This document shows positions 1-10,254 of a stretch of DNA of 64,000 nt, in pieces. Within the stretch, counting starts at the first letter, position 1. Each line of letters opens with the position of its first letter. Made by a program: the position numbers and the translations under genes. The notes under the pieces were generated by a model. That model was not told the DNA's origin. It saw nothing but the letters and a program-made list of their open reading frames with translations, and ran no database searches. The stretch comes from Spirochaetota bacterium (GTDB lineage Bacteria > Spirochaetota > UBA4802 > JAFGDQ01). Location of the stretch: assembly GCA_016932015.1 (NCBI GenBank), contig JAFGDQ010000047.1:29527-93526 (forward strand), read 5' to 3'.

Positions 1-60
1 TATTGTAAAATAATAAAATAATTTATCATTTCAAATAATAAATTTGGTTGTTTTTCTTGT

Positions 61-69
61 TGTTATAAT
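61..69 (+). promoter_or_regulatory. candidate extended -10 promoter element (TGTTATAAT)
   Basis: TGnTATAAT match at 61-69, about 120 nt upstream of the ATG at 188. No convincing -35. Confidence 0.3.
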
Positions 70-187
70 ATTTTTCTTATATATTTAAATGATTTTTTAT
101 TCTGTTTCGGCATAATTATAGCCCTGAAACTTCCTGCTGATAGTTCAGCCGGTTCATCAAATATTAAATATAAACAGGAGATGCTTT

Positions 188-1087
188 ATGGATAACAGGT
201 TTGATCAGTTGCCGGACTCAATTAAGGAACATTTAAAGGCAATAACAGAGTCATCAGGACTGCCTGATAATGAGGAGTCGCTTAAAATGATTTCCGACAA
301 CTGGTTTGAAAAAAAGGAGTTGTTTGAAGATCAGGTAAAAGCTCTTGATATGATTGAATTTGATTCATTTTCAAAGGATGAAAAAAAAGCGGCACTTATG
401 CTGACTTATTCCGGTTCATTGATCAGCCTCGGCAGCATAAAAAACGGATCAAGATGGGTGGAGTATTCAAGCATCAAGCTAAGAAACGATGTCCCGGATA
501 TTCTGATTGAGGAAAAAGCTTCTCTTTCAAAAGATACCGGAGTGGATCAGGCTCTGGAATTTGAAGAAGGTCCGATAAAGAATACTTCCGCTCTGCTGAA
601 AATTGTTGTATGCAGTGATGATGTGAGTCTTGATGAACAGGACAACAGAATCAGGGAAGCTACAATATTTTTAACAAACGGGTTTATAAAGATAAACAGA
701 ACTTTGTCCATTCACAGGGACAGTGATATGGGCTTTACAACAAAGGCAATTATCAATCATGTGGCTAAAAGAAATAATCTTACTTTAAATCAGGCAAAGA
801 GGATTATTGATGATTATACATGTATTCTTGAATCAGGTGTTCTTCTTGGAGAAAAGGTCCCTGTGGGAAGGCTTGGAAGAATGTATTTGAAGCTGAAGCC
901 TGCTCAAAAAGCAAGGGTCGGCAGGAATCCTGCTACAGGAGAGGAGATTACCATAAAAGCAAAACCGGAAATGCTTGTTCCCAAAATAAATTTCAGCAAG
1001 TATCTTAAGGAGAAAGCTTCAATAGCCAGAATTGATCCGGAAATGTCTGAAGATATTTCAGAGGAGGGAAGCGACTCTGATGAATAG
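188..1087 (+). CDS. HU/IHF-family DNA-binding domain protein with a ~180-aa N-terminal extension and acidic tail
   Basis: Residues ~181-275 (nt ~728-1012) read MGFTTKAIINHVAKRNNLTLNQAKRIIDDY...VPVGRLGRMYLKLKPAQKARVGRNPATGEEITIKAKP, the HU fold with the R-N-P-x-T-G arm. The N-terminal 180 aa are unrecognised. RBS AGGAG lies before 188. Confidence 0.6.
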   Translation: MDNRFDQLPDSIKEHLKAITESSGLPDNEESLKMISDNWFEKKELFEDQVKALDMIEFDSFSKDEKKAALMLTYSGSLISLGSIKNGSRWVEYSSIKLRNDVPDILIEEKASLSKDTGVDQALEFEEGPIKNTSALLKIVVCSDDVSLDEQDNRIREATIFLTNGFIKINRTLSIHRDSDMGFTTKAIINHVAKRNNLTLNQAKRIIDDYTCILESGVLLGEKVPVGRLGRMYLKLKPAQKARVGRNPATGEEITIKAKPEMLVPKINFSKYLKEKASIARIDPEMSEDISEEGSDSDE

Positions 1088-1136
1088 ACAGTAATTTTGC
1101 CGGCTGATTTACAGGAAAAAATTATTTATTTTTTAT

Positions 1137-1167
1137 AAGGCTGTCCGGAAAGGACAGCCTTATTTGT
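1137..1167 (+). terminator. rho-independent terminator after the HU-domain gene
   Basis: AAGGCTGTCC (1137-1146) pairs perfectly with GGACAGCCTT (1152-1161) around a GGAAA loop, followed by ATTTGTT. Confidence 0.6.
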
Positions 1168-1314
1168 TAATAATTGCCGGAACCGGCGAATATATGATTT
1201 TTCTAATTGTTTCAGTATGCTGCAATATTGCCGCTTCCGGGTAATAATTTGCTTGATTCATACACGCAAATTTCATATCTGCTTTAATATACTATTAAAC
1301 AGGAAAAAATTATT

Positions 1315-2976
1315 ATGTCAATTAAACTGATAATAATCGGAGGCGTAGCCGGCGGTGCTACTGCCGCAGCAAGGGCGCGGAGGCTTGATGAGAATGCTGA
1401 AATTATTCTCTTTGAAAGAGGGGAGTTCGTGTCTTTTGCCAATTGCGGTCTTCCGTATTATATCGGAAATATAATAAAGAACAGAGATGATCTGCTGGTT
1501 ACTACGGCACTGGATTTGAAAGACAGGTATAAAATTGATGTAAGGATATTCACTGAAGTAGTGTCAATTGACAGGGGAAAAAAGCAGGTCAGTGTAAAAG
1601 ATTTAAATTCAGGAAAAAGTTATACTGAGAATTATGATAAATTAATATTGTCTCCCGGAGCTGAGCCCGCAAAACCTAAAATCGACGGAATAGACAATGA
1701 GAACATATTCAGGCTAAGAGACATTCCTGATACCGACAGAATCAAAGCCCTGCTTGATGTTAAAAAGCCGGAATCCGCGGTTATTATAGGCGCGGGATTT
1801 ATAGGTCTTGAAATGGCGGAAAATCTTGTTGAGCGCGGAATAAAGACAACTGTAATTGAAATGCTTGATCAGTTTGTTCCTCAGGTTGATTATGAAATGG
1901 CTTCCATTGTGCAGATATTTCTTAAACAGAAGGGTGTTATATGCAAGGTTCAATGCCCGGCGAAATCCTTTGAAAAAAGAGGAGGCCGTACAGTTGTAGT
2001 CACAAGCACAGGAGAAGAGATTGAATGCGATATGGTTCTGATGTCTATCGGAGTAACGCCTGAAAATAAACTTGCGAAGGAATGCGGACTTGATACCGGC
2101 TCAAGAGGCGGCATAATTGTTGACGGATCAATGAAGACGTCGGATCCGGACATCTATGCTGTCGGAGACGCTGTTGAAGTTAAAAATTTTATCACTGGCA
2201 GGCCCGAAATGGTTCCTCTGGCAGGCCCTGCGAACAAGCAGGGACGCATTGCTGCTGACAATGCGCTGGGAAGAAGTTCTGTCTTTAAAGGAACACAGGG
2301 TACCGCAATACTAAAGGTATTTAAGCTTGTGGCCGCATCAACAGGGCTTAATGAAAAATCTCTTCAGAAGAACGATATTGCCTACCAGGCAAGCTATACG
2401 CATTCTCTGTCTCATGCTGGTTATTATCCTGATGCTGAACTGATGTCTGTTAAGATTCTTTTTAATCCGAATAACGGAAGGCTTCTGGGTGCGCAGATTG
2501 TAGGTTTTGACGGTGTTGACAAACGTATTGATGTGCTTGCAACAGCAGTAAGATCCGGCCTGTCTGTTTTTGACCTTGAAGAGTTGGAGCTCGCTTATAC
2601 GCCTCCGTTCTCGTCCGCGAAGGACCCTGTAAATGTTGCGGGATTTGTTGCTTCCAATATAATCAGGGCGGATGTTAAGTCCGTAACATGGAATGAGCTT
2701 AAAACGCTGAAAGGTAAAGTTTCATTTATTGACATGAGAGATGATATAGAACTGGAGATGAGCGGCACAATGAAAGGCGCGGTAAATATTCCGCTGAATG
2801 ACTTAAGAAGCAGTCTTGATGAGCTTGATAAAACGAAAACCTATGTTGCTTTCTGTGCCGCGGGATTAAGGTCATATATAGGCTGCAGAATCCTCATGCA
2901 GAAAGGGTTCAGGGTGCTTAATTTGAGCGGCGGATTTACAACCTATCAGTATGTAAAGCATATAGTTGAAAACTAA
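1315..2976 (+). CDS. CoA-disulfide reductase / NADH-dependent persulfide reductase-like flavoprotein with C-terminal rhodanese domain
   Basis: FAD GxGxxG (IIGGVAGGATAAARA), single redox Cys motif SFANCGLPYY, NAD fold VIIGAGFIGLEMAE. The C-terminal ~100 aa carry a rhodanese active-site loop FCAAGLRS. Confidence 0.8.
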   Translation: MSIKLIIIGGVAGGATAAARARRLDENAEIILFERGEFVSFANCGLPYYIGNIIKNRDDLLVTTALDLKDRYKIDVRIFTEVVSIDRGKKQVSVKDLNSGKSYTENYDKLILSPGAEPAKPKIDGIDNENIFRLRDIPDTDRIKALLDVKKPESAVIIGAGFIGLEMAENLVERGIKTTVIEMLDQFVPQVDYEMASIVQIFLKQKGVICKVQCPAKSFEKRGGRTVVVTSTGEEIECDMVLMSIGVTPENKLAKECGLDTGSRGGIIVDGSMKTSDPDIYAVGDAVEVKNFITGRPEMVPLAGPANKQGRIAADNALGRSSVFKGTQGTAILKVFKLVAASTGLNEKSLQKNDIAYQASYTHSLSHAGYYPDAELMSVKILFNPNNGRLLGAQIVGFDGVDKRIDVLATAVRSGLSVFDLEELELAYTPPFSSAKDPVNVAGFVASNIIRADVKSVTWNELKTLKGKVSFIDMRDDIELEMSGTMKGAVNIPLNDLRSSLDELDKTKTYVAFCAAGLRSYIGCRILMQKGFRVLNLSGGFTTYQYVKHIVEN

Positions 2977-3003
2977 TAAGAAAATTAAACGGGATTTTTA
3001 TTT

Positions 3004-4035
3004 ATGAAGCCGTTTGTTAAAAATCTTTCATTAGAGGAAGCGGAAATTCTATTCGAATCGATAGGGGAAAAACCATACAGGGCAAAGCAGCTTTTCAACT
3101 GGCTGTATGAAAAAAATGTTACCTCCTTTGATGAAATGACCAATTTTTCCAAAGAGCTGAGGCAGTATCTGAATGACACTTATCTGCTTTCAGCTCTTGA
3201 ACTTGAGAAGAGTCAGGTTTCCTCTGTTGACGGAACGCAAAAATATCTTTTTAAGACTGCGGACGGAAAATATATAGAGTCTGTGCTTATACGCAATGAT
3301 AATAATGAAAAGGAACGCCTGACAATATGTATCTCAAGCCAGATCGGATGCGCAATGGGATGCAGCTTCTGCCAGACAGCAAGGATGGGATTCAAACGCA
3401 ATCTTGAACCGGCTGAAATTATTGACCAGGTGAATCATATCAGAAGGATATCCGGACTGCTTAACAATAATATTGTTTTCATGGGCATGGGAGAACCTTT
3501 TATGAATTATGACAACGTTCTCAAGGCTGCGGATATATTAAATTATTCATTCGGCTTTCATATATCCGCAAGAAAGATAACAATCTCGACCTGCGGTATA
3601 GGTGATGCTATAGAAAGGTTTATTGACGAAGAAAGGCCGTATAATCTGGCCATATCACTGAATGACACTCTTTCTGAAAAAAGGCGTGTCAGTATGCCTG
3701 TGGAAAACGGGTTTCCAATAGCCGGTATTGCTGAAATGTTCAATAAAAAATTTCCCGTATCAAGAAACAGACTTACAATTGTCTATGTAATGAGAAAGGA
3801 CAATATAACATCCGAAGACGCAAAGAGATTAAAAAAGATGTTCAGATATTCAAGGATAAAGCTTAATCTGATAGAGCTTAATCCGGGTGATCACGGCCTT
3901 GACCATCCTTTGAAAGAACAGATTGAGGCATTTATCAAAGAGCTTGAAATAATGAATGTGCCTGTATCCGTGAGAAAAAGTTTTGGAACAGATATTGACG
4001 GCGCATGCGGCCAGCTTTCAGGAAAGTACGAATAG
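3004..4035 (+). CDS. rlmN: 23S rRNA/tRNA adenine-C2 methyltransferase, radical SAM
   Basis: CISSQIGCAMGCSFCQT radical-SAM cluster motif, FMGMGEP, C-terminal DIDGACGQL. Length 343 aa. Confidence 0.9.
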   Translation: MKPFVKNLSLEEAEILFESIGEKPYRAKQLFNWLYEKNVTSFDEMTNFSKELRQYLNDTYLLSALELEKSQVSSVDGTQKYLFKTADGKYIESVLIRNDNNEKERLTICISSQIGCAMGCSFCQTARMGFKRNLEPAEIIDQVNHIRRISGLLNNNIVFMGMGEPFMNYDNVLKAADILNYSFGFHISARKITISTCGIGDAIERFIDEERPYNLAISLNDTLSEKRRVSMPVENGFPIAGIAEMFNKKFPVSRNRLTIVYVMRKDNITSEDAKRLKKMFRYSRIKLNLIELNPGDHGLDHPLKEQIEAFIKELEIMNVPVSVRKSFGTDIDGACGQLSGKYE

Positions 4036-4188
4036 AAGTATTAAGCTGTATTTTCTTGCTGTAAAACCTCCGGTTTTTATTTCCTTTAAATATTATTTGA
4101 CATATAAAAAATAGAGATAATTTATTAAAAAGTAATCTGCTAATGTAATTAAACGGGTATAATAAAGAGATATTACGATGATATAAAG

Positions 4189-4273
4189 GATACTCCGGTT
4201 TGAGTATCATCTGCCTGCTTTTCAGAAAAGCATATATTTTATTCGCATAAAGATTCGGCATTCCGGCCGGAAT
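4189..4273. promoter_or_regulatory. three consecutive inverted repeats in the PBP1A leader
   Basis: GATACTC-CGGTTT-GAGTATC (4189-4208); perfect 17-bp palindrome TGCTTTTCAGAAAAGCA (4216-4232); perfect 14-bp palindrome ATTCCGGCCGGAAT (4260-4273). A perfect TATAAT sits at 4158-4163. Confidence 0.3.
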
Positions 4274-4306
4274 ATTATTTAAAAATACGGGCGATACCAT
4301 AAAATA

Positions 4307-6544
4307 ATGATTAGATGGATTTTTTCTCATAAACTGCTTGTTGTTTCCGTTCCTGTTATTGTCATGATCATTGCAGGGATCTTTGCAGGCATTATATATG
4401 TAAGCTGGCTAGATGACAGGGAAAAGGCTCTTGATACTCTTTCCAGGTATAAAAAGCTGATAGACCGCACTGAAGAATTAAAGGAAGGACAGGTATACAG
4501 CTACAGCCAGATAGATCTATCTGCAAAAGTGGTGGATATACCTACACGTATTTACGACAGAAACAATGAAATAATCGGTGAGTTCTTTGAGCAGAAGAGA
4601 GAAATCGTACCTTATAATAATATTCCTGAATGGCTAATCAAGGCTGTCGTTGCAAGCGAAGACAGGGACTTTTACAATCACAACGGCCTGAGCTTTAAAG
4701 GTATTTTCAGGGCAATGGTTGTGAATGCTGTGAACTTCAGGGTCGTTCAGGGAGGAAGCACTATAACTCAGCAGCTTGCAAAAGTACTGTTTACTGACAT
4801 GGAAAGGGAGTTTAAAAGAAAGATATATGAGGCTTTCTGCGCGGTTGAGATAGAGAAGAGATACGATAAGCAGGATATTTTATCGATGTACCTTAATCTT
4901 ATTTATTTTGGAAACGGCGCTTACGGAGTAGAGTCAACATCAAAAATGTTTTTCGGAAAATCCGTTAATGAGCTTGATGAGACTGAATGTGCTATGATAG
5001 TTGCCACAATCTGCAGCCCGAAATTATTTTCTCCGCTTGGCAATCTTGATAATTCTTTAACAAGAACAAAAACTATTATGAAATCCATGATTGACGCAGG
5101 TTTTATTGATGAAAAAAAGGCTTCATTCCAGTTCAGGAGTTTTCTGTCAAAATGGGATTTTTCATTTAATGAAAATAATGAGCCTGTATCATCTTCGATC
5201 GGCAGTTTTCTTTTCAGCAGCTACAGGATCAACAGGGCGCCGTTTTTTAATGAAGGCATCAGAAGAGTGCTTGTGGAGAAATTCGGCGAAGATGTAATGA
5301 AAAAAAGCGGACTCTCGGTATACACTACTATTGACGCAAAAAAGCAGGATGTTGCTTTAAACTGTCTAAGGGAAGGCATAGATAAGCAGAGAGAATATCA
5401 TCTTAAAATTGCTGATAGAAATGTAAACAGTCCGGAAGCAGCAATAGAAGAGGAAAAAGCGGAAAATATTGACGGAGCTATGATTGCAATTAATCCGGAA
5501 ACAGGAGAAATTATTTCCTATGTTGGAGGATACAGCTTCTCGTCAAAAAGCCAGCTTGATCACGTCACACAGATAGTAAGACAGCCCGGGTCTTCCATTA
5601 AGCCGGTAATTTACACTTCCGCCATTGAAGACAGGGTAATTACTCCGTCCAGCGTTTTTATTGATGAACCCGTGGAATTCGAGGGCGGTTATTCACCCGG
5701 CAATTACAGCGCTAATTACAGGGGAAAAACAATTGTACGTGAGGCCCTGAGGAAATCAATAAACGTGATAGCCGTCAAGGTGCTCGAGGAAACAGGATAT
5801 GAAACTCCTTTCAGGATAATAGGTGACAGTCTGAATCTTTCCGATAAAGTTATGAAACAGAGATTTGGAAAAACTCTGTCTTTTGCGCTTGGAACTTATG
5901 AAATTTCTCCAATGGAAAATTGTATTCTTCATTCAACAATCGTAAACGGAGGCAAATATATTAAGCCCTATGGAATTAAACATATAGCAGACTATAACGG
6001 AAATGTTGTCTGGAATAATGAGAAGGAAGTCTTTGATTTTGTAGAAGAGAAAAGAAAAGAAACAGGCAGCATTATTGATCCTGTTGCCTGTGCGGTTACC
6101 GTTTCAATATTAAAAGGGGTTTTTGAAGAGGGCGGAACAGGATATTATGCTGTACAGGGATATAATATTGATTTTCCTGCAGCTGGAAAGACTGGAACAA
6201 GTTCGGAATTTGTTGACGCGTGGTTTGTCGGCTATACTTCGGAACTTGTTACAGCCGTCTGGATAGGCAATAATGCGGGTGCGATTTCTCTCGGTAAAGG
6301 CCGGGCAGGAGGCGTTGTTTCTGCGCCTGTATGGGCGAAATTTATATCACAGATTTATAATGATGACAACAAGCCCGGAGATTTTCAGGTGCCGGAGCAT
6401 GGTGTTACGAGGCAGACAATATGCCTTGATTCAGGAATGGTTCCGCGAAAGGGGGATCTTTGTCCGCAAGTTGCAATTGACCAGCTTTATTTTGCAGGCA
6501 GCGAACCCGGAGAATACTGCAATATACATACAGGAAAAAATTAA
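4307..6544 (+). CDS. class A penicillin-binding protein (glycosyltransferase + transpeptidase), PBP1A-type
   Basis: N-terminal TM helix; GT51 motifs EDRDFYNHNG and GGSTITQQLAK; transpeptidase motifs SSIK (SxxK), SIN (SxN) and KTGT. Confidence 0.85.
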   Translation: MIRWIFSHKLLVVSVPVIVMIIAGIFAGIIYVSWLDDREKALDTLSRYKKLIDRTEELKEGQVYSYSQIDLSAKVVDIPTRIYDRNNEIIGEFFEQKREIVPYNNIPEWLIKAVVASEDRDFYNHNGLSFKGIFRAMVVNAVNFRVVQGGSTITQQLAKVLFTDMEREFKRKIYEAFCAVEIEKRYDKQDILSMYLNLIYFGNGAYGVESTSKMFFGKSVNELDETECAMIVATICSPKLFSPLGNLDNSLTRTKTIMKSMIDAGFIDEKKASFQFRSFLSKWDFSFNENNEPVSSSIGSFLFSSYRINRAPFFNEGIRRVLVEKFGEDVMKKSGLSVYTTIDAKKQDVALNCLREGIDKQREYHLKIADRNVNSPEAAIEEEKAENIDGAMIAINPETGEIISYVGGYSFSSKSQLDHVTQIVRQPGSSIKPVIYTSAIEDRVITPSSVFIDEPVEFEGGYSPGNYSANYRGKTIVREALRKSINVIAVKVLEETGYETPFRIIGDSLNLSDKVMKQRFGKTLSFALGTYEISPMENCILHSTIVNGGKYIKPYGIKHIADYNGNVVWNNEKEVFDFVEEKRKETGSIIDPVACAVTVSILKGVFEEGGTGYYAVQGYNIDFPAAGKTGTSSEFVDAWFVGYTSELVTAVWIGNNAGAISLGKGRAGGVVSAPVWAKFISQIYNDDNKPGDFQVPEHGVTRQTICLDSGMVPRKGDLCPQVAIDQLYFAGSEPGEYCNIHTGKN

Positions 6545-6674
6545 TGTTTACAATCCACGGAAACGATTATAAATAACAAAAAGCGGTTATCATAAGAATA
6601 ATAAATCGTCAGATACGGAACAACCTGGTTGCAATAGAACTGATTTTTATTATTTTAAAACGAAAAGAATTTTT

Positions 6675-7535
6675 ATGAATTTAAAAAAAATATATTATCT
6701 GTGTTTTTATTTAATTGCAGCACTGACCCTTTCTTTTACATGGCCTGTCACTGAAGGACGGGTTACTTCCACATTCGGGGAATCGAGAGGAGATCATTTT
6801 CATGACGGGATTGACCTGGTTTCAGCTAAAGATGCCGTGTATCCGGTAAGTGAAGGAAAGCTGGTTTATTTATGGGATAAATCTTTTTTTCCTGCGGAGA
6901 ATTATCCGGGAGGAGGAAACTACAGGATCTTACAGCATGACAAGGGGTTTTATTCCATATATATGCATTTGAAAGACAGCCCGGAATGGAAAAGCGTATA
7001 CAGTATAAATGATGCTGTAGGAGAAATCGGTAATACAGGGCATTCCTTCGGGGATCATCTGCATCTTTCCATGCTTCATGCTGATTCGAAAAAATCGGTA
7101 AATCCTTTTATTTTGTTTCCTGAAATTGCGGATACTAAAATACCTGATATCAGAAATATTTACATAAGAGTTGAGGATAAATATTTTACAATTAGAGATA
7201 AGGATAAAATCCGTCTCACACAGCATTATCCGCTGCTGGTTGATATTTCCGATTCAATAGCAAAAACAGAAAAGACAGGAATTTACAAACTGAATATTAT
7301 GCTGAACGGTAAAAATGTTTATAATTATGTTTTTTCTGAAATTGAACCGTCAAAAAATGGATTGACAATATCCGGGAAATTCTTTCAGGATTTATTTGAC
7401 GAAAAAGGATATTATAAAGCAATTGACGTGCAATATCTTGAAGGAATCAATAATTTGTCCATAACAGCAGTTGATTATTCCGGGAATACAGCTTCAAAGA
7501 AGCTTGCCTTTACAGTAAATCTGGATATGCAGTAA
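6675..7535 (+). CDS. M23 family metallopeptidase, exported
   Basis: Signal-like N-terminus; HxxxD (HFHDGIDL) and HxH (GDHLHLS) zinc motifs of LytM/M23. Confidence 0.8.
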   Translation: MNLKKIYYLCFYLIAALTLSFTWPVTEGRVTSTFGESRGDHFHDGIDLVSAKDAVYPVSEGKLVYLWDKSFFPAENYPGGGNYRILQHDKGFYSIYMHLKDSPEWKSVYSINDAVGEIGNTGHSFGDHLHLSMLHADSKKSVNPFILFPEIADTKIPDIRNIYIRVEDKYFTIRDKDKIRLTQHYPLLVDISDSIAKTEKTGIYKLNIMLNGKNVYNYVFSEIEPSKNGLTISGKFFQDLFDEKGYYKAIDVQYLEGINNLSITAVDYSGNTASKKLAFTVNLDMQ

Positions 7536-7678
7536 TTGCACTGATGGAATGTAATTTAGAAATGTCCAACCCTCCGTTGCCTAACCCCGAATTATTTACA
7601 TACAGACTGCGTTTATGTGTGAACATTTATTTATACTCAATAGTTAGATTATTCCTGGCGCGGAATTTTTTATAGGTT

Positions 7679-8977
7679 ATGATGGATAATTTTTATTATG
7701 ATTTAATAGTCCTTTTTTTTGCGATAATGCTTTCAGCTTTTTTTAATGGTGCAGAAACAGCTCTTTTTTCGCTTAAGAGGTCTGATCTTCACAGATATTC
7801 TTCTTCGGGCAATAAAAAAGAAAATCTCATCGCAAAACTGATGAGCAAACCTCAAAATATACTTATTACAATACTTGCCGGGAATCTTTTTGTTAATATA
7901 ATTATTTCGTCTCTGACTACAAGTTTTTTGCTTATAATCTGGGGAGAATATGGGCATATTATCGCAATTGGTATTGTTACTGTTTTTCTGATTGTATTTT
8001 GTGAAATATCTCCAAAGGTCATTGCGATAAACAGGTATGAAAATTTTTCAAGAAAAATCATTTCTTTGCTGAATATATTCCATGTCATTCTCATTCCGGT
8101 AAGAATATTGCTGCTTGGAATTACAAATATGATAATAAAAATATTATCATTAAAACTGGATCAGGGAAAGTCAATTACCGAAGAAGAGCTTGATATGGCT
8201 TTAAGACTAGGTCTCGCAGAAGGGGTAATCAATAAAAGTGAAGAGATTTTTTTGAAAAATGTACTGCGCTTTTCAAAGAAGGAGGCGCAGAATGTGATGA
8301 TTCCGCGCAATAAAGCTTTGTTCATACCTTATACGGCGACAGTACAGGAGGCTCTGGATATACTTCTGAATACCGAGACTGTAAGAGCTCCGGTTTACAA
8401 GGAAAATCCGGATAATGTTATCGGGATGCTGGATTCCAGAGAGCTTATTCCTTATGCCCTGGGATTTAAAAAAGCAAAAAAAATCACAAAATTTATTCAT
8501 AATATATATCATTATCCCGCCTCCAAAGAACTTGGCGAGCTTTTGAGTGATTTTCTTCATAATAAAATTCAAATCGCGATTGTTGTTGATGAATATGGAG
8601 GTACTGCTGGAGTTGTAACTTTATCGTCCATTTTGTCTGAACTTATGGGGAAAAATTTTGTTTTGTGGGAGGAAAAGCACAGGACTGAGAAGGACATTAA
8701 AATAATTGATAATGCAACTGTTATATCGGGAGATATGCAGATACATGATTTTAATTTCAATTTTAAAGAAAGTCTTGTAAGTGAAGATAATGAAACCGTT
8801 GGCGGATATATTATTGAAAGGCTTGGTTATTTTCCAAAGCGTTCCGAGGCGGTTGAAACTGATAATTATATTTTGAAAGTCAGGCACATAAAAAAGAATA
8901 AAATAGAATCCGTGGAATTGATAAATAAAACAGATAAACTGAACATAATTAACAATACAGGGGATGAATTGGTTTAG
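7679..8977 (+). CDS. CNNM/HlyC-CorC family transporter-like protein (DUF21 + CBS pair + CorC_HlyC)
   Basis: Four N-terminal TM helices, NGAETALFS motif, central CBS-like region, C-terminal TVGGYIIERLGYFPKRSE transporter-associated domain. Confidence 0.8.
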   Translation: MMDNFYYDLIVLFFAIMLSAFFNGAETALFSLKRSDLHRYSSSGNKKENLIAKLMSKPQNILITILAGNLFVNIIISSLTTSFLLIIWGEYGHIIAIGIVTVFLIVFCEISPKVIAINRYENFSRKIISLLNIFHVILIPVRILLLGITNMIIKILSLKLDQGKSITEEELDMALRLGLAEGVINKSEEIFLKNVLRFSKKEAQNVMIPRNKALFIPYTATVQEALDILLNTETVRAPVYKENPDNVIGMLDSRELIPYALGFKKAKKITKFIHNIYHYPASKELGELLSDFLHNKIQIAIVVDEYGGTAGVVTLSSILSELMGKNFVLWEEKHRTEKDIKIIDNATVISGDMQIHDFNFNFKESLVSEDNETVGGYIIERLGYFPKRSEAVETDNYILKVRHIKKNKIESVELINKTDKLNIINNTGDELV

Positions 8978-8988
8978 TAAGATTTATT

Positions 8989-10254
8989 ATGGAACTGGAA
9001 TATATTATATATCATATAATAGTGGCTTTTTTTATTTTATCATCTGCTATTTTTTCCGGATCGGAAACTTCGCTTACTTCAGCTAATTTTATAGCATTGA
9101 GGACTCTTTCTGAGAGCGGTATAAAGAGAGCAAAAAAATGCATGCTTCTGCTTGATAATATTGAAGAATCCCTCAGTATGATACTTATAGGTTACAATCT
9201 TGCTAATGTTGCAGCTACCTCGTTTATAGTCTTTCTGGCCACAAAAGCGTTCTTGCTGGATGACAACGGAGTTCTGATAGTTACCCTGGTTCAAATGTTT
9301 TTCTTTCTGGCTTTTTGCGAAATTTTTCCGAAAACGATAGCCAGGTCAAAGGCAGATTCGTTTCTTTTGTTTTTTGCCTATCCCTTGTCAGCTCTTTTAA
9401 TAATACTAAAACCTGCAGTTAAGCTGTCTCTGCTGTTTTCGAAAAAGCTAAAAAAGATCATGAATTATACGGACACGTCCGGTTTCCTGATAGGCTCAAG
9501 AGATGAAATCGGAACACTGTTTCAGCTGGGAGAAAAAGAGGGAATCATTGACGAAGACCACCAGGCTTTTGTGCTTGAAATTCTTTCTTTTAACGAAATA
9601 ACCGCAGAGGAAATTGCAACTCCGACAATTGATATGATTTCTGTGGAATTAAAGCAGAGTATCAGGAACCTTGTAAAAATAATAGAAAGCACCAGATTTT
9701 CCAGAATTCCGATACATGAGGAAAGAGTGGACAATATAGTAGGCTACATTCATTACAGGGACATTCTCAGGAATAGAAAAATAAAGAAAATTGAAGAGAT
9801 TATGAAGAAGCCTTTCTTCGTTCCTTCAACAAAGAGAATTTATGAGCTTTTCCTGGAAATGCAGGAAAACAATGAGCCTCTTGTTTTTGTTGTCAATGAA
9901 TTCGGCGCCGTAGAAGGCCTTATCTCGTATGAAGATATTATCGAAGAGATTGTCGGAGAAATACAGACACGCGATCATCCGGAGGAAATACTGATCAGGA
10001 AAGTCAACAGTACAAGATATATTCTTGATGGCGGACTTGATGTTGATTATTTCAACAGAAAGTTCGGGCTTTCAATTAATAAAAAAGGCTTTTCCACGAT
10101 TGCAGGCCTTGTTACCTATAAGCTGGCAAAAATACCCAAAAAAGGCGACAGCTTTACTCTGGATAATTATACTTTTACAGTAAATGAAGTCACTGACAGA
10201 TCGGTTGAGAAGGTAGCCGTGGAATTATCGGGAAAGGGGAAAAAGAAAAAATAA
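8989..10254 (+). CDS. second CNNM/HlyC-CorC family protein (tandem paralogue)
   Basis: Same architecture as the preceding gene (SGSETSLTS, CBS region, STIAGLVTYKLAKIPKKGD). Separated from it by 11 nt. Confidence 0.8.
   Translation: MELEYIIYHIIVAFFILSSAIFSGSETSLTSANFIALRTLSESGIKRAKKCMLLLDNIEESLSMILIGYNLANVAATSFIVFLATKAFLLDDNGVLIVTLVQMFFFLAFCEIFPKTIARSKADSFLLFFAYPLSALLIILKPAVKLSLLFSKKLKKIMNYTDTSGFLIGSRDEIGTLFQLGEKEGIIDEDHQAFVLEILSFNEITAEEIATPTIDMISVELKQSIRNLVKIIESTRFSRIPIHEERVDNIVGYIHYRDILRNRKIKKIEEIMKKPFFVPSTKRIYELFLEMQENNEPLVFVVNEFGAVEGLISYEDIIEEIVGEIQTRDHPEEILIRKVNSTRYILDGGLDVDYFNRKFGLSINKKGFSTIAGLVTYKLAKIPKKGDSFTLDNYTFTVNEVTDRSVEKVAVELSGKGKKKK

Noticed and set aside
3935-4330. 131-aa minus-strand ORF spanning the rlmN end and the PBP1A leader
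   Set aside because: It overlaps two confident genes and an AT-rich spacer. It has no RBS and no domain.
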